64,000 nt of DNA from an uncultured delta proteobacterium. GTDB taxonomy: Bacteria > Desulfobacterota > Syntrophobacteria > Syntrophobacterales > Syntrophobacteraceae. Below are positions 46,001-57,471 of the stretch, piece by piece. The notes below the pieces were generated by a model. The model searched no databases, was not told the origin of the DNA, and saw only the letters and a program-made list of their open reading frames with translations. Within the stretch, counting starts at the first letter, position 1. Each line of letters starts with the position of its first letter. Position numbers and translations under genes: made by a program. The DNA is taken from positions 62,936 to 126,935 of the forward strand of contig CAWEHK010000036.1 of the NCBI GenBank assembly GCA_963808625.1. Direction: 5' to 3'.

Positions 46001-47135
46001 TCAACGATACCGGGACCATAGCCTGCTTTCAGCATCACCAGAGACTAAGGTAAGCAGGTGTAACTCGATCCCCGTCCACTCTTGAACCAGGTCGATGGTT
46101 TCAAATCGGATTGAATGCCCCTGCAAAACGATTCTCTCAGACATTTCGTACCCCACGGTAGGGTACAAGAGAATACCTGAAGCCATTTGATGATGATCCG
46201 AGAGATGCTCCTGCGACCTCAGATAGGCATAGAGTTGGTAAATGTGAGAGGAGTCGAAAACGGCTTTTCCCAAAGGCCTACTGATAAGGCTGTTAGCTGT
46301 GAACTTGGTATCGAGCACGATGATCTCACGAGAGGATTCATTCCGTAAGATCAAGTCGGGCAGCATGGATGGCAAGTGCGGGGAGGACTCTGTTGCATGC
46401 CAGCTCAGTGGTGTTTGTGAGCTAACTGCCCAGCCTCTCAAGTGAAGTCTGTAAAAGTTTGCGACAAACTGTTCGTAGACCCTCCAGAGGGTTAGCGTGT
46501 CACGATCAAGAACGGGTAGCTGTCTTGGAACCTACTGATTCGGTCGGCATTTGGCGTTGCAGGAGAAGGTCACAGATGGTAAGCATCAAGCGGTAATCGC
46601 CATCATTGCGGCCAAGCTGCTGCTTTCGAATGAGATTGGGACTGAGTTCCACCAGATCAATACCGTCCAAATCCCGTACCAACCGACGCAGGCGGTATTT
46701 CAAAGCTTCGGCTTTAGCCCTGTTTGGTCCAAATTGACCGGTTTGTATAAGACGCACCAAGGTGCTGCGTATGATCTGGTTCTTAGGTGCGTTGGCACTG
46801 TATTCCTGGAATTTGCAATGTGCCTGTCCGTTCTCGAAAGCAAGGTGTCTTATGCTCTCTGCGAAATCAACCCGCCCCCGGATACCTCTAAGAAGTCGGG
46901 ACTCATTCATGTAGTTGCGCCCCAACCCAATGCGTAACCGTTGTTGAATGAGATCCATCAGAATAGTTGCCAGAAGGGCATCCAGGTTAGGAGCCTTCTC
47001 TACCTCTGCTCTCCAGCAGGCCTTGATCGCTACCTCATTCCATGCATAGAGAAGGATGTACCACAAGTTCCGGATTGGGATTCCCGGGGACGTAACAGAC
47101 AATGTCCCGGTGTTGGTATTCACAGCACCCATCAT
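46001..47135 (-). CDS. mcrC: McrC family PD-(D/E)xK restriction subunit (one indel ~46510)
   Basis: IPIRNLWYILLYAW; LPDLIL...IVLDTKF...HIYQLYAYL; GILLYP; overlaps the mcrB stop. Confidence 0.9.
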
Positions 47136-49214
47136 GGCGCAATAAGCCTGTCGCGAGCCTGTCCAGCGCGATTCGGGTTATCGAACCAGTACTCTTGCAG
47201 CAAAGGAATAACTTCGCAGTGGACAATCCCTTCATACCAGTTCCGGTCGAGTCCCGAGAAATTGTCCCCTTTTGGGCAAAAAAAGCTGTGCCCGAGTTGA
47301 TAATTCTCCCCAAGCAGCGGATCTTCCGAGATTTCCCTATTGAGTGAGACCATGCGCTCGATTATCAGGTTGATGAGGTCAGCATGCATATTACGCTCAC
47401 GGAGCCAATCACGAAATATCTTGCTCTCGTACTGGGGTTTGAGCGTCATGAAAGCAAAGCGCCGCCGCAAAGCATAATCCACAATGGCAAGCGAGCGATC
47501 GGCTACGTTCATCAAACCAATCAAGTAAAGGTTCTTGGGTACGTAGAATCGAGTCTCATCAGGATTTCTGAAGACCAAAGGCACACTGTATTCAGTGCCA
47601 CGCTTATCGGCCTCGATGAGCATCAGCAGTTCCCCAAAGATTTGGCTGAGATTTCCTCGGTTGATTTCGTCAATTATAAACACATAGGGACGGTCGGGAT
47701 CCGCCTTTGCCAGGGCACAGAAAGAGAAGAAAATGCCATCCTGCAGGCCGAAGGTTCCGGCCTTCTCTGGTAGCGGGCGATAACCTCGGACGAAATCTTC
47801 GTAGGAGTAGGACTGATGAAACTGCACCATTTCGATACGCTCATCATCACGGGCCTCCATCAGCGCATACGCCAACTTTCGAGCTATGAAGGTCTTCCCA
47901 ACTCCAGGGGGACCTTGCAGGATCAAGTTCTTCTTTGACTCAAGTCTCTCCAACGCCTGCCTTAGTTCTGTTTCCGTCAAGAAGACGCCTGATGCCAAGA
48001 GATCTTCTATGCCGTACGGTGCAGGATCTTGGTCTCCGTCTGCACGCCACCATTGCTGCACAAAGAATGGGTAATCCTGTTCTGCATTATTGAAGGCAAA
48101 ATCGATCAATTGCCGCGCAAACTTATCCTCACGGCGCAATCGCCATACCGCTCGCTGGTAAGTGTAAAAATACCAGTCTTTGGGCTTGAAAGTGGGATCC
48201 CACTCGACCTCCACGGTACGACCATCCCCACGGTTGGCCACAATAGTTCCTGTGGCTTTGATCGTCATGCGAGAAACGGTCTTTCCTCGGCAATCGAAAG
48301 GCAGACCAAGGCGCTGTGTAGAGGTCGCCTTTATCGCAATCTTATCACCAACTCGCATGGACCGGACTTCATCAAGGTATTTATTCTCATACCCATTTTG
48401 CCAGATACCTTCGTCTAGGAAACGCTGTGTCAGATCTGGTGGATCATTGTCGCTCCAGTACGCACCTACCATCCAAAAGTTGTTTTCTTCCGGTAATACA
48501 ATTGGTGTGACGATAGGCTGAGTTGCCTGCAGCCAGGCTTCGTGAGACAGCTGCGGCAATGACTTGCCTTTGGAAAGGGCTTCAAGCACGATCTTTTTGT
48601 AAAATTCTGCTGATAGCCCAGATGGTGGAAGCTTTGTATCCAGAAACTTCCGATTGGTTTGATCGAGATTCAGAAAAGTGTCTGGGCGAATCCAAAAAAG
48701 CCCCATGGTCAGATTCAAATTGGTGCATTTTACGCTGAGCGCTTCGTCGAAGGCTTTAAGAAAATCGGGGCTATCGAGAGGTTTATCTCCGAGTGCCAAC
48801 TCAAACACTCGCCACAACCGCTCCACATCATCAGGCTTCCTTTCCGATTTATAGGTAAAGAACCATGAACGCTGATTGTTCAGCAAGGGAAGGCCATCGA
48901 AATCGGTTGGTGCAGCAACCTTCCAAATCGAATTTTTTCATAATACCGGCGATGATTGCGATCCGTTGTTCGATTCGAATACCTCGATTGAATGTCCCGA
49001 AGAAGGTGAAAGGATCAATCTCCGTGAGAAGAAATCTTGCCCCTTGATCGTCTTGATCCATTAGAGGGGTGATAACGAGTCCGTTAGCACGAAATTCTTC
49101 AAGGAGCGCGATGAGTTCACGCTGACGATCTTTCCAGGTCAAAAGCTGATAGGCAATGCGACTGTAGATTTCTATCCATGTGAACTGTTGTTCCAAGACA
49201 TTATTTCCTTTCAT
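47132..49214 (-). CDS. mcrB: McrB family AAA+ GTPase (one indel ~48890-48915)
   Basis: GPPGVGKT, VQFHQSYSYEDFVRGYRP, IIDEINRG, MNVADRS and DYALRRRF. Confidence 0.93.
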
Positions 49215-49284
49215 GCCCTTTCTAAAATGCTGGCTTTTTTGTACTCAGCTAAATGTTCCTTCTTTCCTTATGAGCCTATATCTA

Positions 49285-51183
49285 GGGCGTCCAAAAATGG
49301 CCTCTGAGGCCCGATTTTAGTGCTCGGGATTTGGGCCACAGAGCGTGCTGGACAGGTTGTGTCCGCCGTTGTACGATAACCTGGATTTTATCAGCCATAA
49401 TCCAGGGGGTAAGTGCAATGATCAAAATACACATCCTCAGCGGCAGCAGCGGCGCATCTCGCTGGGCGGGTGCGCTATGAGTCCGGAGACCAGATACAAA
49501 AGGAGCCGGGATAACTGGAAACAGAAAGCCGCATGCCGAGCTGAGAAGAACCGCTACCAGAGCAAAGAGCTGGCCCGGGTCAAGGCGGAGCGCGACAGAT
49601 TCAAAAAAGAGCTCAAAGAGATCCGGGCTCGTGTGCACCAACTGGAGAGCCAGGGTCGGGTGATTGTCGTCCAGAGCAAGGTGGATCTGGTCTTCTTGGC
49701 CCTGCAGCTGTTTGTGGTGGCTCGCATCGGGTTCCGGGCCGTGAGCCGGGTGTTGGGCATAGTGATGGGAGCCCTGGGTATAAAAAAAAGTCCCTTGTCC
49801 GCAGACCATCATCAACTGGGTGACCAGGCTCTCTCTGGTGCGCATCCGATCTGCCCCGATGCTACAGGGGCTGCCGATGGCGAAGGCACCGTTTTGTAAC
49901 GGACTTATCTGGATGATCGACATGAGCATTGGTCTGGGAACGGGTAAGATTCTGACTGTCCTCGCTCTTAACGCTCATCACCATCAACTCAGTCCAGCTG
50001 CCCCCGGGCTTCAAGATGTCCATTGCATGGCAGTATCAGTGGCCGATTCCTGGACGGGTGAGTCCATTGCGGCCTTCCTTGAGCGCCTCATCGCCTCGGC
50101 GGGACGCCCGGCTGCTTACCTCAAGGACGGAGGCACCGATTTGCAGAAAGCCATCCGCCTACTCGATGAGCAAGGGCTGGCAAGCCCGTGCATTGACGAC
50201 ATCTCCCATGTCATTGCCAATCTGCTCAAGTGGTGGTATCAGGATCAACCGATGCTTGAGACCTTCCTCTCTGCCTGTGGCCGGGTCTCGGGCAAGCTCA
50301 AGCAGACGGTGCTCGCATGCCTCGCTCCCCCGAAGGTACAGACCAAAGCGCGCTTTATGAATGTGCACCGCCTTATCAGATGGGCAGACCAACTGCTCAG
50401 ACTCTCTCCTGCCGGAGGTGCCCGGAAGGGCTCCACCCTCTCAAAGCTGCGAGCCTGTCTGGACCGGCTGCCCTCATGCAGGGCTTTCATCAAACGATTC
50501 CGAGACGATGCCGTGCCACTGCTCGAGTGCCAGAGGATTCTCAAGGCTCAAGGGCTAAGCCACTCCACGATAGCCCAGTGCGAGCCATTTATCCAGGCCA
50601 TCGGCTCAAGCCCTGTTCGCCGTGAGTTCGTCGCCTATCTGCAAAACCAACTCCAAATCGCTGCCAAGCTTGGTCTGGATCATATCGGTCTGCCGGTGAG
50701 CTCCGATCAGATCGAATCGCTCTTCGGACTGGGAAAGCTTCACGGCACGGGCGAGATCAAGGATGCCAATCGTATCGCCCTTCGCCTGCCCGCCCTGTGC
50801 GGCACCCCCACCCGGGCCGAAGCCGAGCAGGTGATCAAGATCAGCGTTGCCGAAGAGCAACAGATCACTGGTCGCTTCACCTCTTTGGTCAAACAAAGAC
50901 GAGAGGTGCTCCCACATCCTGACCGTCTCGAGAGCTTGAGCACAGAGCAGGCCGGGACTCACCTCGAGCTCATTGCCAGTGCCAAAAACCGGGAAAATAG
51001 CGGAGAAATACTTCATCTTCCAATACCTTACAAGAAAACCCATGGTCCGCAGCTACAGTGTCAAACAGGGCACGGCTAGGCGCAAAATGCCCTCACATGG
51101 GCCATTTTGGAATGGTAGGAGCATTGCTTCCCAGTGCCTGGAGTCAAAAACCAGTCAATGGGCGTGCGCCGATTTGGACGCCC
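49285..51183 (+). mobile_element. Unclassified DDE insertion sequence (~1.9 kb)
   Basis: 11-bp terminal inverted repeat GGGCGTCCAAA / TTTGGACGCCC; AGCCTATA repeated at 49273-49280 and 51184-51191; one long transposase-like reading frame. Confidence 0.75.
49477..51079 (+). CDS. Putative DDE transposase with N-terminal coiled coil (extra A in an A-run ~49782-49789)
   Basis: HTH-like IGFRAVSRVL...PCPQTIINWV; candidate catalytic residues in WMIDMSIG, YLKDGG, DDISH and SSDQIESLFG; bounded by inverted repeats. Confidence 0.7.
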
Positions 51184-51413
51184 AGCCTATACTCCTGATA
51201 TCAAAATCAGTTACTAGGACATTTTAGTTACTGAAACCCTTGAATTAATGGGCAGGTCGAGGCAAATCAACGGACTTTTTACCAAAATCTGGTAGCAACA
51301 TGGAGAAGGAAAAACGCTCCCCCAACGGAGGGCGTTCCCACTGCACTCTAACGGATAACGACCTCCTTTATGGTTGAGTTTTGCTAAAACATGTACCAAA
51401 GCTCTGGGACTTC

Positions 51414-51629
51414 TTACTCTTCCTTGGGTTCCTCTTCGAGTTCCTTGAAAGCGTCACGGACTTCCATTTCAACCTGTTTGAGCTTTTGGTTCAGCTCTTT
51501 GATCAATTTCGCCCCCACCTTGACATCCTCTGCGAGCTTGTCGATGGGCGTCTCGGAATTATCCAACCGGGTCAGGATTTCATCCAGCTTTTGAACCTTC
51601 TGTTCGTAGGTCATTTCGTTATCTGCCAT
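51414..51629 (-). CDS. xseB: Exodeoxyribonuclease VII small subunit
   Basis: MTYEQKVQKLDEILTRLDNSETPIDKLAEDVKVGAKLI...LKQVEMEV; adjacent to xseA. Confidence 0.85.
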   Translation of the reverse strand: MADNEMTYEQKVQKLDEILTRLDNSETPIDKLAEDVKVGAKLIKELNQKLKQVEMEVRDAFKELEEEPKEE

Positions 51630-51630
51630 G

Positions 51631-53208
51631 CTATTTCCTTTTCACAAGTTCGATTTTGCTGTTGATTTCCCCATCGTGCATCAAGGTTCTGATCAACTCG
51701 CCGGGCGAAAGCGTTTCAACGGATTTGACCAGGTCCTCGTCTCTATAAACCAGAGAAAATCCCCGTTTCAGGCTGGTCATGGGATCTGACGCTTTTATCG
51801 TGGCCAGTTTGTTGATCAAGTTGATTTGTTCGGACTCGATTCGTTTGAGAACGGCCTCCATCCGAAATCTCGATTGAAGTTCGCCAGGCCTTTCTGCATA
51901 CACATGACCTGGGCGTTGAAGACTCTGAGTAGGCTTTCTTTTGAGTGACCAGGCCGGCCCTTTCCCGAGCGATCAGCTGCTGGAACCTTTCGAACTGGAA
52001 CCGTTTTGTTTGGTTCAACAGATCCTTTCTGTTCGGCCGTCAATCCGATGTCTTACTCGATGTGGAAAGTCTTTGCAGCTTCTCGGTGAGAATCCTCTGC
52101 TGGTTCTTGATGTGATTTATGGGGGCTGTGCTGATGATGCGTTTTGATACCGTCAGCTTCGTCTTTGCATTGGTTATTCTGTCGAGAACCCTGGATGAGA
52201 GCAGGTTGACCATTCCCTTCAATTCAGCTTTGGTGGCATCGAGCAGTTTCCGTGTTCCTTGAACAACCCCGACTTTTGCTCTCTCGACATACTTCTTTTC
52301 AATTTTCAGCCTGTAGGACCAAGTGGATTTGAACCGATTCTCTGCCTCCTCAAGGTGCCTCTTCATTTCGACAAAACGAGAAACCAGCTCCTCGGCCACG
52401 GCGGTGGGGGTCTTGAAGTAACGGTTGGCGACATGATCCAGGATGCTGACGTCGGTCTCATGCCCGATGCCTGTCCAGACGGGGTATCGATAAGAGGCAA
52501 TCTTGCGGGCAATGCGCTTCGTTGTCCAAGGCAAACAATTCGGTTCGGCTGCCTCCCCCGCGGATGATGACGACCAGTTCAAGGTTAAGCTTTTCCAGAG
52601 CAGTCAGTGCTTCAAGAATGGATGGCTGGGTTTGGTTCCCTTGAACAATGGAGTCTGCGAGGTACACTTGAAAACCGAAACCGGATTGCCTCAAGGTTTT
52701 TATGAAATCACTGACTGCCGCACTGGTTTTGCTGGTGATGAGACCTATTCTGATTGGCAACAGGGGAACTGGCAGCTTCTTGTTTGGCTCAAGCAGGCCT
52801 TCCTTTATCAAACGGTTGAGGATCTCTTGCTTCTTCAGTTCCAGTTCGCCAAGAGCGAAAGATGGATCTGCATCCACGACTCTCAAGGACAAACCATATC
52901 TTCGGGCTGTACTGAAGGCAGCATTGCAGACCGACGAGGGTGCCATCGTCTAATATTAGGTCGATGCCTTTTTCCTGGAATTCCTTTCTGATTTTCTGCA
53001 GGTCACGGGACCAAATGGTGCACGGCATCTGGGCGATGATTTGCTTGGCTTCATTGGTCTCGACCAGGTCGCAATAGAAGCTTCCTCCTCTTTCCCTGCC
53101 GGATGAAATCTCTGCCTTGACCCAAAAAGGCTTGCCGATGTGGGGTTGAAGAATCTCTTGGATTCTTCCTGTGATAGCCGAGAGGCTGAAGAATTTGCGT
53201 TGTTCCAT
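51631..53208 (-). CDS. xseA: Exodeoxyribonuclease VII large subunit (divergent type), several indels
   Basis: FWVKAEIS OB-fold; RIGLITSKTSAAVSDF; IIRGGGS; VWTGIGHETDVSILD...KTPTAVAE; DPMTSLKRGFSLV. Confidence 0.88.
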
Positions 53209-53235
53209 CGTCTCGTGAACTTCAGTTGCAGCCAG

Positions 53236-53511
53236 TTATTCCTCCATTACCGTCCTGGAGACTTCGAAGATCACCCTCGTCTCGGGGTCTGGGCATTGCA
53301 GGGTATAAACCTCATCCCGCCCGAAATCCTTTGGGTCGTTGGCTTTTCCCATCATGAAAAGGGAATATTGGATGGCACCAAGGGCAACAGCACAGACGTT
53401 CTTCGATTCCTGCAGGTTCAACATGGTTCCTTCAATGACGATGGAGTCCCCCACCTGAACATGCGGGCACCGGCTATCCTTCGCTTTGGCAATCACTTTA
53501 TACTTGGGCAT
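53236..53511 (-). CDS. TIGR04076-like small Cys-containing protein
   Basis: CPHVQVGDSI...VCAVAL...LQCPDP...VIFEV pattern. Confidence 0.65.
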   Translation of the reverse strand: MPKYKVIAKAKDSRCPHVQVGDSIVIEGTMLNLQESKNVCAVALGAIQYSLFMMGKANDPKDFGRDEVYTLQCPDPETRVIFEVSRTVMEE

Positions 53512-53548
53512 TCTTCCTCCCTGGCCTTCTCACTATTCAGCCTTTTTC

Positions 53549-54109
53549 TTAGCTCTTTTCTTGGCTGGTGCTTTGGTTTTGGCTCTCTTTTTGGCGGGCA
53601 CTTGGTTTCAGGGGTGCTGATGGGATCAGTGGTATGGGTGCAGCTTCCAGCACAGCCGCTTTCTCCTGCTTTCGTTGTTCCTGAAACTTCAACAGCTTCT
53701 CGGGGAGCCCCCGTTTCTTGGCGGATTTGCTGCGGGCTCTAGACAACGATAATGCTGAAAGTGATTGTTTTCGAGGAAAACCCCATTTGGTTTTGTACTC
53801 ACGAATGGTCAGGCCGTGGGAGCCCAGGTGCTTCGCCGTCAATTGCCTCATTTCTTTGCTGCATTCAAGGCAGATCACCTTGTCTTCTTGAATAGAAGAT
53901 TTGGGATCAACAGGAACTTCTTCTTGAACGGGTTCTTCAGATGGTTTGGCCTGATCGAGAAGGAATCCACCATCTTCTGCAATTTTCATTCTCTGGAGGG
54001 TCACGAAAACAGTTGATAGCGCTTGCTCAAGTGCATCCGGTGTCATTGGACCTATCTCTGCTTGAGCTTCAATAATGTCAGCAGCAATCTCATAAAGTTT
54101 CCTAGTCAT
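53549..54109 (-). CDS. MucR/Ros family transcriptional regulator
   Basis: SIQEDKVICLECSKEMRQL..KHLGSHGLTIREYKTKWGFP. Confidence 0.9.
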   Translation of the reverse strand: MTRKLYEIAADIIEAQAEIGPMTPDALEQALSTVFVTLQRMKIAEDGGFLLDQAKPSEEPVQEEVPVDPKSSIQEDKVICLECSKEMRQLTAKHLGSHGLTIREYKTKWGFPRKQSLSALSLSRARSKSAKKRGLPEKLLKFQEQRKQEKAAVLEAAPIPLIPSAPLKPSARQKESQNQSTSQEKS

Positions 54110-54371
54110 GGTAAATTCTCCTGGATTTAATGGGTTGATGGGATTGGAAAGACGTTGATGTTAAAACCAGCATGGATTGTCTCTAATATCCGCGATTATT
54201 CAAGCTTTTTCTTTTGCAAAAATGAATCTGTCAAGTCCTCAGTTCAAACGAAGGGATAAGTGACTTATCTCGGAGATGTTGAAACGCCGTCGGTAATGAG
54301 CTAATTATTGGTGTGTTGCGAATCGACAGGTCGCACCCTAAAGAGATGGGACATAAAGAAAGGAGTGTCAA

Positions 54372-55035
54372 GTGATCAAAAAAGTACTGCTTGTTGTCCT
54401 TGGCTTCGGAATGATCACTTCGGGAATTGCCGGAATCACAATCTCAATCGTTGACCAGAAGAATCAAGTCGCCCTTCAACAGCTTGAAAAGATTCAGGAG
54501 GAAGCGAGAACAGCGGCGGCTGAGGAGCAAATAAAGTTAACAGAAAAGCAGCAAGAGATCGACCGACTTGCGATGAAGATTGAAGCAGAAAGGATACAAT
54601 TACAGGAAGATCGTCACCGCTTAGAGCAGCACCAGCGATCCAGAATGGCGGCCATCGAAAAACAAATGAGAACAGCAACTGGGCCTAAAACAGCAACCCG
54701 CAAGGATTACGTGAAAGGGAAGACCGAAGAAGAGGAAGAAGACTGTCCTCAGTTCGCGTCCATCTCCAACCCCGCAAGCTTCGATGACCGTGCAAGAAGA
54801 TTTCAGGAGGATCAGCCAGAAAGCTGGTCTGGAGGCTGCCAGGTCTTTTGTCCCGGTGAAATACTACAACCGAAGCACTCGAGAACTCGTCCTGGCAGAA
54901 CCATTCAACCGCGGTCCAGGCTCAGTGTCCGTCCGTGTCCGAGTTTGGAGAGGCGAAAGGCTCGCTCAAGATACCTTGATCAACTTCTCCAAAGCTTTAC
55001 TCGCTGATCAAAGGCGGGGCGGGCCATATTTGTGA
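54372..55035 (+). CDS. Hypothetical membrane-anchored coiled-coil protein (one indel)
   Basis: AAGGAG RBS; N-terminal TM helix, Q/E/K-rich coil; C-terminus in frame 54784..55035. Confidence 0.55.
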
Positions 55036-55082
55036 AGGAACCCTTGGGTGCCTCTTGAATTAATTTTGGCTAAGGAACTCCT

Positions 55083-55313
55083 ATGACTATATCGACAACG
55101 ATTTTCTTATATAGCCTCAGCATCATAGCTGGTATTGTTCTTGTGGTGTATGGTCTTTCGATAAAACCACGAAAGAGAGAAAAGGCGGGTGCATACAACC
55201 TTGATGAGGTTCCACCAGATTCGTCTCTCTCAATCGATGCGGATTTCACGCTTCTGCCCCAGGAGGATTCTTCTGGAGACCAGGAAGCTTTAGAGCGAAA
55301 ATTGATCGAGTAG
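55083..55313 (+). CDS. Hypothetical small membrane protein
   Basis: AAGGA RBS; single N-terminal TM helix followed by basic then acidic tail. Confidence 0.5.
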   Translation: MTISTTIFLYSLSIIAGIVLVVYGLSIKPRKREKAGAYNLDEVPPDSSLSIDADFTLLPQEDSSGDQEALERKLIE

Positions 55314-55445
55314 GCAAAACTGAAGCATTCTCAAAAATCTCCTGATTGCTCTTGAGTATAGAATCGAAAGTATTTCTGCCACCACTTGCGGCAATAAGCC
55401 GTCACATTCGAATTACTCCGGTCGGGAAGCCCGGGAAAGGAACAA

Positions 55446-55814
55446 ATGAAAGCGTCCATCATCTATGGACTGGTTGCACTCTGTTTGCTGGGTTTCAAGG
55501 CTCAATGTTTATCTGCGGAGGTGGCGATTGAGATCTCATCTGAATCCTTGGCTGGATGCAGAAGCTCCCGAAGATCCTGGCTGTTCCAGATGTTGCATCG
55601 CCACAATCGACTCGTGTACAGTGAAAAGCTGGACCTCGCACGAGAACTCCGGGATTGTTACGCCTTGGTACAACAGCATTGCATCCGAGAAAGAATGCCC
55701 TTCGGATTGCGCTATGTGCGCTTCGTGTTCACAGCGAGGCGAGACAGAATTACGCGCTCTTCTTACGGCAAGGCCCAAAGACTGCGATTGTGCAAAAGTC
55801 GCGATGGGCATTGA
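55446..55814 (+). CDS. Hypothetical exported protein
   Basis: AAGGA RBS and signal-peptide-like N-terminus; no family recognised. Confidence 0.4.
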   Translation: MKASIIYGLVALCLLGFKAQCLSAEVAIEISSESLAGCRSSRRSWLFQMLHRHNRLVYSEKLDLARELRDCYALVQQHCIRERMPFGLRYVRFVFTARRDRITRSSYGKAQRLRLCKSRDGH

Positions 55815-55999
55815 TCCCCGTTTCGCACCCATGAGCTGTCCATGCTATTGCAGCAGATGGGAAACTCTGAGGACGCAGTGCCCATACCAATTAGTTGGAG
55901 TGAGCCGAAGCCCCAGCTGGAGGGTCCACTGTGGCAGTTCGATTTAGACTTTCATCACACATGGATTTCTTGCTTAGCAGGACGAGGGTATCCAACACG

Positions 56000-56386
56000 T
56001 CATGAGCGGGTAGCGGCACTGTTTCGGCGGCGTTCACTTTCTTGTGAAGGGCTGATGCCCAAAGGGTTTGTGTCTCGTTCCGGACGACCTGAATACATTC
56101 CAAACCTGAACAGCCAAAGGGGACAATCGAAAGAGCTGCACCGTCCCACTTCGACGTGAGGGCCAGTTTGGCAGTCAAGACATTTCCGCCTGATGGCTGC
56201 CAGGTATGTCTTATCAGGTGCAGCCTTTGTCCCGATCCGGTAACGGTACAAGAGGCAGCTGGTTGCAGCACAAGCCTCAACCTCCTTATGTTGATCGTTC
56301 GAGCACCAGAGGCACATGGCTCTAATTGCTCGGAGGGGTTGCCATGTCAGCTGACGGTAGATCTTATTCTTGCTCTTGAGCGACAT
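56000..56386 (-). CDS. Protein with two tandem AIRxxCLxC-x10-C-x4-C metal-binding repeats
   Basis: AIRAMCLWCSNDQHKEVEACAATSCLLYRYRIG and AIRRKCLDCQTGPHVEVGRCSSFDCPLWLFRFG. Confidence 0.7.
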   Translation of the reverse strand: MSLKSKNKIYRQLTWQPLRAIRAMCLWCSNDQHKEVEACAATSCLLYRYRIGTKAAPDKTYLAAIRRKCLDCQTGPHVEVGRCSSFDCPLWLFRFGMYSGRPERDTNPLGISPSQESERRRNSAATRS

Positions 56387-56717
56387 ACTTCAAATGACTT
56401 CCACAGTTGTTCCTGCAGTCCGCTGCCCCAAAGCGGGGAACCAGGATCTTCCCTTCGGTTTCTTGATTTACCACACATTCGTCTCTGTCAAAAAGTTCCA
56501 CCTTGATGATTTTGGAGTGAGAAGTGGCCAGGAGGTAATCAATATGCCACCGAAGCTTTTTCCTTTTTGACAAATGCCTGGAGATCCTGGCTTCGATGTT
56601 CTTCTTGGCACTTCCCGTGTAGACATACTCGCCTGCTGGAAATTCAAACCTCCCGAGCTTGCCGATTTCCAAAACAACTGGTTTTTCGACGACAAAATGG
56701 ATCTGGTATGACCTCAT
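56364..56717 (-). CDS. GIY-YIG nuclease family protein (DUF123/Uri-like)
   Basis: GEYVYTGSA...ARISRH...KLRWHIDYLL...EC...FGAADC...C.SHL. Confidence 0.85.
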   Translation of the reverse strand: MRSYQIHFVVEKPVVLEIGKLGRFEFPAGEYVYTGSAKKNIEARISRHLSKRKKLRWHIDYLLATSHSKIIKVELFDRDECVVNQETEGKILVPRFGAADCRNNCGSHLKYVAQEQE

Positions 56718-57020
56718 TGGAAATCCATTTGCACCACCTTGGAACAGTGCCTATGTTCAGGCTGTTATTTTACGATGGGAGATGACGAAGACAAAGCACT
56801 AAAGACGGTCTGGCGGCAATCGGCGTTCAATCAAACTCCCCTCTACGACCTAAAATGCTCTGAAGAGCGAGAAGGTCACAGGAGAATAGTATGGCTACCA
56901 CGGAGGTTATTCGGAAGGTAAAGGCTTTCCTTGTTCTGAAAAGGCTATGATGGGATGGTTAATGGTCCGGTTAGTTTCGGATCGGTGTATCACTCAGGAA
57001 ACTCTGAATGAAAGGAATGG

Positions 57021-57440
57021 ATGATGAAGAAGTGGATGGTAATCATTGCGCTGGTTTTTGTGTCACTGCCGGTTCTCGCGCTTGCTCAACAGGCGACAAC
57101 TACTGCACCCCCTGCAGGCACTGAAAGCAAAATGGACCAGGACTGGCAAGCCAAGCATGAAAAGATGGTGGCCGAGATGAAGGCCATGGATATGCGTCTC
57201 GAAGAAAAGCTTGCTGCCATGAACGCTGCTAAAGGGGACCAGAAGATTGAAGCCATGGCCGCCGTGATCAACGAGCTTGTGGCTCAACGGAAAACGATGA
57301 GAGAAGGCTTTGGCCCCATGCACCACGGGATAAAGTGCCCAAGAATGGGACAACAGGGCGGAATGTGTCCGGACTGCCCTATGATGAAGCAGCAAGGCGC
57401 CGGGCAGGTCGATGCACCGAAGAAAGAAGGTACCCAATAA
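57021..57440 (+). CDS. Periplasmic Met-rich helical protein (possible metal binding)
   Basis: Signal peptide ...VLALA; Met-rich coil, MHHG and CPDCPM. Confidence 0.65.
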   Translation: MMKKWMVIIALVFVSLPVLALAQQATTTAPPAGTESKMDQDWQAKHEKMVAEMKAMDMRLEEKLAAMNAAKGDQKIEAMAAVINELVAQRKTMREGFGPMHHGIKCPRMGQQGGMCPDCPMMKQQGAGQVDAPKKEGTQ

Positions 57441-57471
57441 AGAGTTTTCGTCAATGTGAAAAGGGATCGAG

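Noticed and set aside
49775..49800. Programmed -1 frameshift at the A-run in the unclassified transposase
   Set aside because: Restoring the frame needs removal of one A (a +1 shift), which fits a homopolymer error better.
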